From Auanema rhodensis (Eukaryota; Animalia; Nematoda), in contig OZ059900.1 of assembly GCA_964057225.1 (NCBI GenBank), positions 13,888,001 through 13,952,000 of the forward strand: a DNA stretch of 64,000 nt, given 5' to 3'. The notes beneath the pieces are model-generated. The model was not told the DNA's origin. It saw nothing but the letters and a program-made list of their open reading frames with translations, and ran no database searches. This document shows positions 1-13,932 of this stretch, piece by piece (position 1 is the stretch's first letter; each line of letters begins with the position of its first letter). A program made the position numbers and the translations under genes.

Positions 1-403
1 GCAGAGATCGTTATTCGCCAGAATTTTGTTGAACCCGTAATATTTCGAGAATTATATTCAAGCCGGCTACCTAAATGGTTAAAAGTAAGTGTTCTCGTAC
101 TTCACGCAGAGATTTAAAAATATTAATATTGAAATTGAATAAAGTTTCTGAAATATTCTCATAATCGTATAAAAATTCAAGATATCGGGGAAAACATGAC
201 AAAACAAGACAAAACTTTGTTCTTGTATTTTATTTTCATATGTTCAATCTGAGATTTTCAGCTGCTAACACAATAACTAAATAAACATAAACATGTTCAT
301 ATGCGTGAGTTAGTGAACATGCTTAGTAAGCTCTTTCCTTGATTTACAGCAGAAAAATCGAATGAATATAAAATATAATAATAAGAATACTAACCTCAGC
401 ACA

Positions 404-950
404 TTATTTCTATAATAATTAATGATTAATATTATTATTCAATTTACTCAATATACCTGTTCTTCTAATTCATTTTCTTCATTTTCTTCCTTTTCTTTAC
501 TTTCTTCCTTTTCTTTACTTTCTTCCTTTTCATTGTTTTCTTCCTTCTCTTCATTTATTTCATATATTTCATTTTCTTCGTTTTCTTCATTTTCTTCGTT
601 TTCTGCAATTTCTTCATTTTCTTCCTCTAAATCAACTTCTTCCTCTTCTTTATTTTCAAGTTGAAAGTGAGTCTAGAAATAGAAAAAATTGATTAAGCAT
701 TAAAATTGTTGAACATACTAATTTTTTAGCCTTTAAATAGCCAGCCAACAGAGTACGGCAGTTGTATAAAGATTCTTGAGGTTCCCAAGAATCGGACTTG
801 CTGCCATAACCAGTCCATCTGAGCTAAATGAACTTTCAGGTGAAACGACAAAAGTACATTATGCAATCAACTTACTCTAAGCAGCAGAGTGCCGCTTGGC
901 TGAATTTTATGATCCAAAATGGATTCAACTTCAAATTCATGATGATACAT
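404..950 (-). CDS. Chromodomain protein with Glu-rich C-terminal tail (about 133 aa; start may extend upstream to an ATG at 1128)
   Basis: Spliced exons (about 950-876, 823-719, 672-457, 409-404) read MYHHEFEVESILDHKIQPSGTLLLR|LRWTGYGSKSDSWEPQESLYNCRTLLAGYLKAKKL|THFQLENKEEEEVDLEEENEE...ELEEQ|K*. EFEVESIL...RWTGY...SWEP is the chromodomain signature. Last exon and start are uncertain. Confidence 0.8.
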
Positions 951-1754
951 CCCTGGAAGAAACACTTTAGAAAAAAAGCGAAAACATAAATTATTAAACG
1001 AAAAAATAAATTAGGATACGCTGGAGAAGCTGAAAAATCAATTTATGAGGAAATGACCGACGTTTAAACTAAAATCACTACGTATTTCCTTTTGGCCATA
1101 ACTGACAATGAACGAGCGTGTTGCTCATGATTCTTGTAAACTAAAATAATAAAAACTAAGATAAAATAAAATAGCTACCTATGACAAATAATGAAATGAA
1201 ACCTATTTAACAGATGAAATTCAAAGGTCCCTGAAACATGGAACGTGAAATAACCGATTTAAGATAAGATAATCGAAGTAGATTCGAGAATCTTGAATAT
1301 ACAAGTTGCCTCACAAAATATTTTAAATGCTCTCAGATTCTCCTTTGATATTTACTTCATTTCTCAGCTAAATTTATATAATTTATTACTTAATGAATTA
1401 TAAGAACCATATATCATTCATCCTTCTTTCCAGTTTTATTTATTGAATCTGCATCCTTATTTTTCTTCAATCAACATTCTGCGTATGAAAAATATTTGTA
1501 GCTGGTTGTATTAGTTCTTTTTATTAGAAGCCATATATATTCCTCATTATTTTCATTGTTTTTGTTTTGGCAGTTTTTGGTTTTTAGGTACGCAATCTCG
1601 CGTGGTATCAACAGCGGTTTTATCGATTAATCTTTTTGAAAAGCGCGCGCTGTTTTTTCTGCACTATCAGATTATTCAAATCCATGTGATTCTGTTTTTC
1701 ATTTCCTAGTTTCCTGATTTTTATTTTTATCTTTTTTTAGTTAAATTTTTATAA

Positions 1755-3360
1755 ATGGGTAGGCGTACCAGCAAGAAACGGGCCGCAAATGCGAAGTACG
1801 TTTTTGAACAATGGGTCTATAGTTCTATCAATACTATTGCTTTAATTAATTTTTTCCAGAACCAATGCAGGAGTAGGCACTGGATTGCCTTTACATGGAT
1901 CCAGAAACCGTCCGTGTTTTTGCTACGAGTGCCGTAGATCAGTATTTTCCATAAGATTCCAGCCTCCGTAATTCGTTTACTTTATATTTTTTATAATATT
2001 TATTTCTCAGAGTTTCCCCCTTGGAAGATATAAGATATGTGGATTTTTTTGATCCTAATTATAAAAAAAAAGAATTTATTGTAAGATAAAAGTCATTAAA
2101 GTATATATATATATTTATAAAATCATGATTACAGTCTGTTGATCTTAATGGTTTCCAACGTTCATTTTACATCAACCCTGGCGTGCTCGCTGATGAATCA
2201 CCTTTTCTTTTGAAAAGTTATTCTGTATGTTCTGATAGCTATAATTGAATATTTTTTTTATATAGGAGATGCCGTATAATCACATGTGCCAACTAGCATT
2301 CCATTGTAATTTGAGTACCTTATTAAAGTTCGTTGTTTACATTCTATAGTTTGTTAATATATCATTTGCAGAATTCATGGGCCAAAACCAGGTAAAGAGA
2401 ATTTCTATGAAAATCTATGCACTTACTTTGATATTGTGGCTCTTTCAATAGCTTTAAAGTATCATAGAATTATTGAAAGTTTTGATAAGTACGATTGTTT
2501 TTACCTCAAGTTTTCACAATTAATGTTTAGATTAACGAAAGAGAAGCTATTAAAAATGAGAGATCCTATTTTATCAAAAACAGATGAAAAAGGGTAAGTG
2601 TATTTGTTTATTTATTTTTATTTATTTTTTGAATTACTCAGAAATAAACGAATAATGAATAAAGGATTAATATTTTATGAATGGCTAATGAGCTTAATGA
2701 GAAAATATCGTGATCACAATGAAACTGTTGAACATGATCAGGTTTATTTAATTAATTCTTAATATGGTCATTATATTTTGTGATTAATTTAGCCTCCTCC
2801 AACATCCGAGTTTGATGATATATCTCCGTTCGACCCAGCGCGATCTCTATCACCAAGAACATATCCTCTTGTAAGATTTTATTTTTGAAAAATGTTATTA
2901 TAATTTGTTTAAAAGTTTTTCCAAGATTTTCCTCCTGCTAATGCTGAAGACATTGAGAATTGCTATAGTAGTTCAGCTGTGAGTTTTCTTTTTTTGCTCG
3001 ACGTTTTTAATTCCCTTCATAGAGTTCGCGACCAAAGTCAAAGGCTAAGACGATGCCTAAATCATTAGAGCGAAAAATTGAGAAATCACGAAAAGAGGTA
3101 GAAAAGCAAAAACTTTTATTTGAATTGAAACTGGCTGAGTATAAAGAACAAGCCGATATGCTAAGAAAGGTTTTCATGAAGATAATAAATTTCACAGTTT
3201 ATTTTTATAGCTTAATGAGGAAAGTGTCGAACGTATTATGGCTAAAGTTGACGACGACGATGACGATGACTTTGATGCTGTCCTCGAAGGTTTAACGGAT
3301 CAGGAGATTGATGAAGAGATTGAGCGTTTAGCCTCACAGCTCATGAACACCCAGCTTTAG
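1755..3360 (+). CDS. Multi-exon lineage-specific protein, possibly with a divergent BTB/POZ domain and an acidic helical C-terminus
   Basis: In-frame GT-AG exon chain MGRRTSKKRAANAKTNAG...PCFCYECRR...SVDLNGFQRSFYINPGVLADESPFLLKSY...EIDEEIERLASQLMNTQL*. FYINPGVLADESPFL resembles the BTB 'F.v.k.vLa..Sp.F' motif (inference). Confidence 0.65.
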
Positions 3361-5046
3361 ATATAATATTACCAAATTTGTTTTGACTTCTGCTTTTTTG
3401 AAGCTTTTATCATTTTACGTGTTTGGCGTTTTGAGAGCGACAATCATTACTTTCTGCTCATAATTCTCGATGTTTCTCATTCCTTGTTAAATTCTATGTC
3501 TTTTGCCATTTCTTTTCTTTGTTCGATGTACTAAGCGTAAATATACAAGTTTGTTTTTCTATAATGGGAATAAACAAATGAAATTTTTTAAAAATAAAAA
3601 AATAAAGTTCTTTTTTAAAGTTCAAATAATAAATTTCACTGGATATTTCATGATAAATTAAGGATCGATAAACACATCTGTTAAAAATCATAGGCATTGC
3701 AAGTGAAAAGCAATTCGATATTCAACATGGCTGTCAATCTTCTTAAATGACATTTTAAACCCACATTCGAAAAAAAAACCTTTTTCTTTAAATTTATTAA
3801 AAAAGATCTGTGAAATAAACAGAAAGAATTAAATGTTACATTTTTCTATAAAAAACTTAAAACTTCAATATCGAAAAAGATTTGATTTACCGCAGAAAAA
3901 ATACTAAAAGTTATCTTGTTGCCTTTGTAATGAAATAACTAATTTTCGATAATTGCTGCATTTTCAATTGAAAGGTTTTCACTTGTAATTATACTTCCGA
4001 ATCCTTTATTCAGGCATCTATTGTTGATCATGAAGTAATGTCTCTTACGCTTTTATTACTGCCTCGTGTTCAGATGAAAAATCGATGCTTCATTAACTTC
4101 TTTTATTTCATACTGGAAAGTACTTACTTGCGCTGAGTAGCGAAAAATGGACAAACGGGTTTAGACCTTAATCCTTCTTCTTTTACCATTTATTCATATT
4201 GTGACAACTATAATCCAGAGATTACAACATTCTGTAGTGTCTTCAAATCTAAGAATATGCATTACTTTCTCGTTATTTGTGCCTATTCTTCTATTAATTT
4301 TGCGAGTTTTTCTAAAATCCAAGATATTTCTCTCAATTAAGTAGCAAATATATTTTATTTAATTTATTGTTTATCTTTCAAATGCATTTTAGCTTTTAAT
4401 ATTTTTTTTCGGATTTTATAAATTAATCAATAATTTACTTTTGTTTTGGCGCGAATCTACATTTTAATAACATTTTTGAACGGAAATAGTTATAGTTAAA
4501 AGAAAAGTGGAAAAATCAGTGAATCTTTTGTTTTTATTATATTGAAGTACAATTTTCATATTCTTATTTTTCATTAACACTCTCTGCTATTTTAATTACT
4601 TTTAAATAATTTATATAGGTTTATAATTACTTTTCACTTAATAATACATTCCATTTCTTTGAAAAAGGGTAAAGTGCTCAATCAAATCTTTGAAGACGAA
4701 ACAATTTCTCTCTTCTCTCAGCCTTACACTTGTTAGTTTTTTTCGTGAGATATTCGTGAGAAAGATTTTGGAACGCATCTTTTTCTGTTTTTGCTAAATG
4801 TTCGATCGATGTGCCGTTTGCATGAAAACTTAGAAATTTTTGCTCTTACTATATGCATTCTTCGGGTTGAAGATTATTTTATTGATTTACCTTCTGAGCT
4901 AAATATATTTTTTTCCTATTGTTATATTAATTATTTTGTTAATTATTCAAATATTTTATCTATCTAAAAACTATCAGAATTTTTCTTGTTGCTAGGTATA
5001 CGTAATAATTTTTTATTTTAAAGAAGGATTATTGATACTGAATAGA

Positions 5047-7016
5047 ATGGCAACTGTTGAAAGTGAGCCACTCAATGAAGTAGGTGATCCACCGAAAGAA
5101 TCTGATAATGTTTGTCAATTTACTTTATTCTAAACTTATAAAGAATATTAAGGAAAATAAGGGTTTGGCAAAATCTTTAACACTTTTCAACGGTGTTTCC
5201 ATAATTGTCGGTTGTATAATAGGCTCCGGAATATTTGTTTCACCTACAGGAGTGCAAGAAAGTTTAAATTCATGAGAATAAGGTAATTAAGTTTTGTTTT
5301 TAAGAAGCTGGTTCTGTTGGATTATCCTTAATCGTATGGATTGCCTCTGGTATTTTTGCCGCTATTGGTGCATATTGCTATGCTGAATTGGGAACTCTTA
5401 TCAAGAAATCTGGTGGAGACTACGCATATATAATGGAGGCTTTTGGACCATTTTTTGCTTTTCTCAGACTCTGGATTGAAAGTATGGTTGTAAGGTAACA
5501 GAAAATAAATAAATTTTCTTACTTAAGTAATTTTATTTGCAGACCGTGCACTGCTACTATTGTTGCTTTGACGTTTTCCATTTATATCTTAAGACCGTTT
5601 TTTCCTGATTGTGATCCACCAAGTGGAATCACACAGTTATTAGCAGCTTGTTTGCTCAGTAAGATTACATCAGGATCTTTTTTCAAAATATTCTTATTTA
5701 ATTTCAGTTGTGCTAACTGCTATTAATTGCATTTCGGTTCGAGTTGCAACATTTGTCATGGATGTGTTTACTATTGCAAAGGTGTTTGCCCTAATTCTCA
5801 TCATTTTAACATCAGCATTCATGATGTTCTCTGGTTTGTTTCATTGAGGCTACCTCAAAATTAATCTTATTTCTAGGAAAACCTCAATACTTTGATTCGT
5901 TTGAGAACTTATTTGAGAATACAAATCAAGATTTTCAAACAGTTTCTCTTGCGTTTTACTCCGGACTATTTGCGTATCAAGGCTGGAATTACCTCAATTT
6001 CATTATCGAAGAATTGCAAAACCCTAAAAGGTTTTTTTATATAAACAGAGCGTTTCAAAAACATTTTTTAAAGAAATTTACCTTTTGCAATTGCAATAAG
6101 TTGTACATTATGCACCGTAATATACACTCTTACTAATATTGCGTTATATACTGTTATATCTCCTGATGAAATGCTCGAGAGTCCTGCCGTTGCTGTGGTA
6201 TCATGTCACACTATTTAAATTTAAAATAATGTTTTTCTTTCAGCTTTATGCTCAGAAAATGTATGGCAAGTTTGCATTTATCATGCCTCTGTTTGTTGCA
6301 TGTTCAACAATTGGTTCAGCGAATGGCGTAATTTTTACAAGCTCACGGTTTGAAAGCTACAGACTTCGCATGATCCTGATTGATCCTTACAGACTATTCT
6401 ACGTGGGTGCTAGAGAAGGTCATATGCCTACAGTTCTAACAATGATTAACAAGAAAACTAGAACACCAATTCCAGCTGTAGTGTTTATAGTAAGAAAATC
6501 TTTTGTTTTTGGAAAAAAAACAAATTGTTCAGGGATTGCTGTCGTTGTTTTATTTGACTCTTTCAAATGATATTTTCTCTCTGATTAACTACATTCAAAT
6601 AAGCTACTGGCTTGCTATCGGTGCAGCTATGCTCGCCCTGTTTAGACTTCGTCAAACAATGCCAGATGCAGAAAGACCAATCAAGGTATCTTGTTTTAAA
6701 TACATCGTATCACATACATTTCGATTAGGTGAATTTAATTTGGCCAGCCATTTTCTTCCTCGGTTGTTGTTGCTTAGTATTCATTCCTATCGTTGGTGCT
6801 CCAAAAGATACCGCTATTGGAATTATAATTATGCTTACTGGTGTACCGGTGTATCTCATATTTATTGCTTGGAAAAATAAGCCTGCCTTTTTCGCAAAAA
6901 TGTCTGGTATGTTTCATTAATTATTGTGATTAACGTTAGATAATATGTTTTCAGATTCCCTAACTATTTCGATGCAGAAGCTTTTCCTGGTTGTTGACGA
7001 TTCAAAAGCAGATTGA
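5047..7016 (+). CDS. SLC7/LAT-family amino-acid transporter light chain (aat-1/aat-3-like)
   Basis: Motifs [54 protein letters not shown] and [12 protein letters not shown]; the exon chain stays in frame to TGA at 7014-7016. Confidence 0.95.
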
Positions 7017-9290
7017 AAAGCTATTTCTTTTCATATAATTTAAATTTAAATAGATAATCTCAAGCTTTAACCAAACATTTAAGAATCTCTCTACATAATA
7101 CTCATCATGATCTTAATCTAAAGCTTTAACACTATTGCATATTGATGTTTTTTACTTGTAACATTGAATGTATTGAAAATAAATAAATGAATAAAAACTC
7201 TTCAAACTTACTACTTTTGATACATGATATAACAATTAAACTAAACAAAAGTTTTTTTTTAAGAAAATCTGTTATGTTCGGAGTCAGTGTTGGGTCTTTT
7301 ACTAGTTTGAACTTTGAACATAACCAAAAACAGCATGTATGTTTGTTGATAAAATAGTTCGAAAGATGTTTTATTTATAAATAAAATCTTGAACCAAATT
7401 GAAAATGAATATAATTATAATATTGTAATAAGCAACACTTTATTATTCTTCTTAGCAGTATTTCGATAATAGTTGCGACATCAGTTAAGATGGTTGCGAA
7501 ATAATATATTTGTTGTTTACATTCCAAGTTTCTACATGTAGTACTTGACATTTTAAAAATTTACATATATAAAATAATTTATTTTATATGTTTTTATAAA
7601 CAAATAAATTAACAATTTTTATGTTTAGTTATTCGTAAGCAAGGTATTGGTTATTCATTCTCTCTGCTAATTACATGAAATATACCTCAACTGAATGTTA
7701 TAGATATCCAAAAAGTGTGAACAAACTTTAACATTCAAACCAGCTTTGCTAGATAACTCAAAAAAAATAAGACGAAGACATCATTTCTATCATTTCAGTG
7801 AATCAATAAGGTAAAAAAGCAACTGAGCTTTCCTATGAATGATAGGAGACATAGTTAATGAAAATAGGATAAAACAGGGTAAAAATTCTGGAAATCTTAT
7901 AATGTAACCAGTAATGAAGAAATTTATACTTATACTTTGTACTAAATATTTTCCTCCAATAGAGTGGAATTGACTCTAAGTTCTCAATGGTATGTTATCT
8001 AAATAAAATCAAAAAGCAACAAAGAAAGTAATAAAGAGAGGTTGATGTTGATTATATATAGTATTTAAACTTTAGCTATTTGAATAATGGGAATTTGAAA
8101 AAAGATGTTAATTGAGTTGATTAGAAAAGCAAACAGTTTATTTTGTAATATTCTTCTTTTCTCAATTGTGTAAAAAATGTTTCTCTTAATGTTTTTTTAT
8201 TCTGCCTTCACAGTTTTTTTTTCAAACACACACGTTTTTATGCTTCTTTCTTTTTTCTTTTTTTTTTTACCAAAAAAAGCTGTTATTTCCAACTTTCTTT
8301 ACAGTTATTTGTACATAAGAAATCTATTATATTGTTTCAATGTAATATTGAATAACTACACTTGAGTTATGAGTTCCTTCAAAGTAAAACAGCTTTAGAG
8401 TATTGTGTACAAGTATGCTCACTGGTTTAAGAAGTTTCTATGTAAGCTAATTCTATTAGAATGAGTCCTATACCCAAAAAACGGAAAAAAATGGAATGAA
8501 ATCGTTAATAATTTCCAAATTTCTTTGTTTTTTTTTTATTTTTTTTGCAAGTTGTTCTAAGTTTTTTTGCTAATGCCCTGTTTTGCATAGTCCATATGAA
8601 TATATATATATATATAAATATGGAGAAGTTGAAATAAGAAATATGTATATAACTGCCTTTTCGTGATATTAAAATATATTTCATTTAATCGTTGAATTTT
8701 ATATGAGATACGAATTAGATAGGATGCTTGAGCTTTCAAAAGTTCCTGACTTTTCAATTATTTAATGGATTCAACCCATTGAGTTAAGTGGTAAGCATCA
8801 TTGAGAGCATTTCAAATCTTATGACAAATCTTCTTCATGAAATTGTATGAGGCGAGATTTTAAAATTGGAAGCTATCGCTTATAAAATTATAATGCCATC
8901 AATAAAATATTTCGCTGACTTCTTATCCTGTTTGCCGACCCGTTCGTCATACACATAAATAGGCGCTGTTTCGTAAATAAATTTATGCCGAAGCACACGT
9001 ATTGAAATGTTATTTGGATTTGAAGCAGATCTCATGTTATGAATAATGATGTATTATGCACACAACATATAAAGAAATCAGAGAACTTATAAAACATACT
9101 GAAAGCATAAAAAATGTGAAAGAGAAAACAATTATACCAAGTTTATGATAGTTTTTATTTTGAACAGATCAGAATATCATTAGAGAGAACCAGATGGTTA
9201 CTTTTTTGATTTTCAAAAATGAAAATGGTTGGCTGTGCATTCCATTTATTCAGTTATATACTATATCTGTCTAATTATCTATCCTCTAAC

Positions 9291-9297
9291 CTCTCTT

Positions 9298-9347
<50 letters not shown>
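9291..9347. repeat. Compound (CT)n(AT)n microsatellite
   Basis: ctctct... directly followed by atatat... Confidence 0.9.
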
Positions 9348-9350
<3 letters not shown>

Positions 9351-10661
9351 TAGGTAAATATGTATATATATAGCTTTAAAAAATATATATATGATCCATT
9401 CTCATGTTGCAAACAAATTTTTTCTTCACTACTGTTCTTTCTCTATTTCACATAAGTACCGGAAATCTTTTGGCTCATTACATAGGTCTCATTTATAGTC
9501 TCAATCATTTTCTACCTCGTTTCTTTCACTATCTCATATTTTCTTATTTTCTCTCATACATTATATGAATAAGACAAAGTAAAGCTGCCAACCAAGTGGT
9601 TCAACATCATGTCTCGTACTTGCCAGCGAAGATCATTACTCTGACGTTGCTATGGGTTATGCTTGATCACTAAAGCTATTAAAAGTCTTTTTTAAGATTT
9701 GTAATTGTGTCTTCTCTTTTAAATAGAATACAGTTTTTTTCTGAGCCAATGAATGTTAATGATTCGTTTATAATGAAAATGATTTCTTAGTTATTTGAGT
9801 AACTAGTGTTATGCTTCGTAATCTTGCATCTTCTATCAATATTTTTAACGTTATGTATAAACTATCAACATCAAAAAGTGATGTTTTCTCACTACACCTC
9901 TTCATATCTGTAACATTTTGGACAGATTTCAAACTCCAAAACTTGAGTTCTCACTTCAGATTAGTTTTGAGTGTGGGAATGTATCGGAAAACGTGTCAAA
10001 AGCAACGTTTGGCTCGTTGAGAATTTTTAAGTTACTCATATGAGCAATATTTCTCGATATATTCTCATGTTACGTCTTAACGTATTTGTCTATAATGTTG
10101 CATACACATAGCTAATCATTCCGATTTATACAAGATATATAATAATATTATATTGGCTTTTAGTTAGTGAACATTAGAATTTTTCTTATTTATTTTGTAG
10201 TTCATGACACGCATTCGTTATAACCATTTTCTTGCTTTGTAAGCATAAACGGGTGGCAGGATATGTAAGCACCGAGTAATCTAAATAATTTACGCTCTAT
10301 TCAATCTCAAATTTCTTTTAGCCACAAACTACCTATTTCCAGCATATCAAACACTCATCCATAGCCTTGCTCATTCGATTTGAACCTGCCCTCTCTCTCC
10401 GCCTTTTCCGAAGCTAGCTTGCTCGGCATATTTCAAGATGAAGGTTGTAGTTCTCTTTCTTATCCTCATTCTTCTCAGCTGCCAGCTTTAGCAGTATGCC
10501 TACATTTATTCGTCATTTCAAATTAAATAGAGAAAAAGTTCATACTATTTTCAATTTATTTACCATTCTTTTATCTTTTTCATTTTTGTATTAAAATATC
10601 GATTTTTCAAGTTGAGACTTTTTTAACAGACAACATTAATTTTTATCAGAAATAAGACCTA

Positions 10662-13000
10662 ATGATGGCTGTGAAAGAGTGGATTGCTACATACCATGGC
10701 AATAAGAAAGTGTTGCTTTTCATTGTGTATATTGCGCTTTTTCTGGATAACATGCTTCTAACAGCTATTGGTGATTTTTTGTTAATCAAAATCTACTTGT
10801 CTAATATAATATTTCTGTAGTACCTATAATACCGGAATATCTCATGAAACTGTCGTACCCGGATGTGTCCAAAGATATTCTTGAACAGGCTAAACTAGAA
10901 GAATCTGCTCGCTTTAAACGTCAAGTAGACAACTTCTAGTGAGCTTCAATGTAACGTTTATTTTCTTAGACAACTTGGGACGATGATAGTTGGGATTTAC
11001 CATCATATAAAATTTCTCATAATAAAATGCCTGAAACATCATCTATTGTGCCACCTTGGATTCCTGATTCCGAACAACGATTAACAATGAGCGCTCAGCG
11101 AACAAGAACTCGAGGGTTTTGAAGAAAATTGACTTTTTTTTCTTGATCACCGTGTTTAGAAACAAAAAAGAAAAAAATCAGACTATGGCTCAAAGTTCTA
11201 AAATATTATCTGCAAGAGATAAACATGCTCTGATAGCTAAAGAAAATGTTCTGGTTGGTTTGATGTTTGGATCGAAAGCATTGGTTCAGCTATTGGTTAA
11301 TCCTTGGGTTGGCCCTTTAACTAATAGGTTGTTAAATCTCTGTTTTCGAAACATTTTGTATTTTTAAGAATTGGATACAGCGTTCCCATGTTTGTAGGAT
11401 TTGTTATTATGTTTTTATCAACGCTATTGTTTGCATTTGGTGAATCGTATCCTATGCTATGGCTTGCGAGAGCTCTACAAGGAGTTGGTTCAGCTTGTAC
11501 TAGCACATCTGGTATTAGCGATTATACTGATGTACTATGAATTACGCTACCTATAGGTATGGGCATGCTAGCTCAGGCTTATCCTGATGATGCGGAACGT
11601 GGCAGTGCTATGGGTATAGCTCTTGGTGGATTAGCTTTAGGAGTTCTTGTCGGCCCCCCTTATGGTGGTATTCTATATCAATGGAGCGGAAAAGAGCTAC
11701 CTTTTGTTATACTCGCACTTCTAGCGTTATTTGATGGAAGTTAGTGTTTTTAAATTAGCAGCCAAGGAACATCACCATGCTCAAATACATCTTATTTAGC
11801 ATTACAATTTGCTGTACTGCAACCCAAAATATCAAAAGGAGAGCCAGAAGGTTCTACAATCAAGCAATTGGCTAAAGATCCTTATATTATTCTGTCAGCC
11901 GGTAAATTATATGATTTTCATTCTCAAATGTTTTGAAGCCAACACTTAATTGAAAAATATAAATAAATGACTTTATTTTCTCAATATCTAAGGCGCTATT
12001 ACAATTGGAAATCTGGGAATCGCAATGTTAGAACCGTCACTTCCACTATGGATGATGGAATCATGGGGAGCGAATTCTTTCGAACGAGGAGCTGCATTTA
12101 TTCCTGCATCTATATCTTATCTGGTTGGAACAAATATTTTTGGTCCTCTAGCTCATCGAATGGGACGGTATGTCTTTGTCAGTTTTCTCTAATGTATGGA
12201 ATTGTCATGTGAACATTTCTATTATGTCTAATCATGTTCAACATGCTACTTGCAGTTTCATCAAATAAACTTTTAAACTCAAATTTCTCTTTTCAGTTGG
12301 CTGTCAGCATTGATCGGTTTGGTTGTTATCGGATTTAGCTTGCTGTCAATTCCATCAGCTTCATCCGTTGGAGGCCTCATTTTGCCACATCTTTTCATGG
12401 GTTTAAGCATTGGTACATGTTTTAATTATTATTTCAAACCGAAGCATTTAGCCGGAAATTAAAAACTGCTATAGTTCCGAAGAGAATTTCCTTTTTTTGC
12501 CAAAAGAGATTGTTCAGGGGCTATAATTCTTTAAAAAATGGAGAATCCATTTACAGGAATGATAGATGCTTCCATGTTCCCCCTTATGGGATATCTGGTC
12601 GATATCCGGCACGTTGGAGTATACGGTTCAATTTATGCTATCGCTGATGCAGCTTTTTGCTTTGCATTTGCGTTAGGGCCATTCTTTTCCGGACCACTTG
12701 TTCGTAGCGTCGGATTTCCAACGTGAGATCACAGTATAAAAGGGAAATAATACATTTTGTTTTAAAGAATGCTGTACATCATTGCAATTATTAGCTTTGC
12801 CTATGCCCCTTTTATGTATCTGCTACGTGATCCTCCTGCAATCAACCGCGAGGAAGTGAACAAAGTCAAACCTTTATAACAAACTATATAAACTTCTTCA
12901 GGTACAATCTGTGAATACTCAAGCTGTAAAAGAAACATCTAACCGTTATGATGCTATTCCCGGAAACAATATAGTTGAAATGGAAGGATATCATTATTGA
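10662..13000 (+). CDS. cat-1: Vesicular monoamine transporter (VMAT, SLC18A)
   Basis: [59 protein letters not shown] and [13 protein letters not shown]. The [16 protein letters not shown] segment is VMAT-type rather than VAChT-type. Confidence 0.95.
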
Positions 13001-13932
13001 TTTATTTTTACTTCCATAAACCAGATGAAAAATTGGAAACAAACATTTATAACAGAAAAACGTTTACATAGTTCATTTTGGTTCAATTTGATTTAATTGT
13101 TGCGCATCTTTTCATAATTAGAATATTAGAATACATAAACCATATTAGATCCAGATTATGGTCGTCATTTATTAAAACTTTATTAATTTGTAGTTTGTAT
13201 GAATAATATTAATAAATATTAAATGATAAAATAAAAATTAGTAATGAGAAAGTAAAAGTAAATGACGAAAGACGTTTATCACATCACAATTAAATCATAA
13301 GTATTCGACATTTTTAATGATAGGACAATCGTAAAATCATAGATAACTTAATTGAATTCTGGCAAAACGCCAATATTTTTGAAGAGTTAAAACCGGAAAA
13401 ATACATAAACTGACGAAAATTGGAATAAAACCATCTATATTCAATCCATTTTGAAAAATGTGCTTTGCAGCAATCATGAGTGACGCTCTGAAATGATAAT
13501 GTGATCAGTTAATTTTTGTTAAAATCTTGCTATCTCGCATCTTATTGAGAAAATAAAATGTTATACCAAATTAATATAATATTTTAATGTTCCACCCAAA
13601 TCATTGATATTTTATTTCACAACTCTAAAGATCCCGGGAAGAATATTACATTTAAAGATGAAATTAGAAGGGTGTCGGCCCCATTATGATCGTAAAATCA
13701 CGCAACCATAAAACTTTGATAATATATACATATATGTATATATATCTATGTGGGTTTTTACGTAAAAACGTTGAAATATGAAATATTGATTGACATTATC
13801 AGTACAATTCAAAAAATTTAAAAAACATATTTAAGAAATAATGTTTATTTCGCATTTTTCATGTTTATAACATACATTGACAACACAAAAATTACTTAGT
13901 GAACTCTATAGCGTTTTCTTCTATTTCATTTA

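Noticed and set aside
422-664. Ser/Phe-rich 80-aa plus-strand ORF
   Set aside because: Antisense shadow of the Glu-rich exon of the chromodomain gene.
10662-13000. unc-17/VAChT cholinergic locus
   Set aside because: Diagnostic residues match VMAT, and no choline acetyltransferase exons are nearby.
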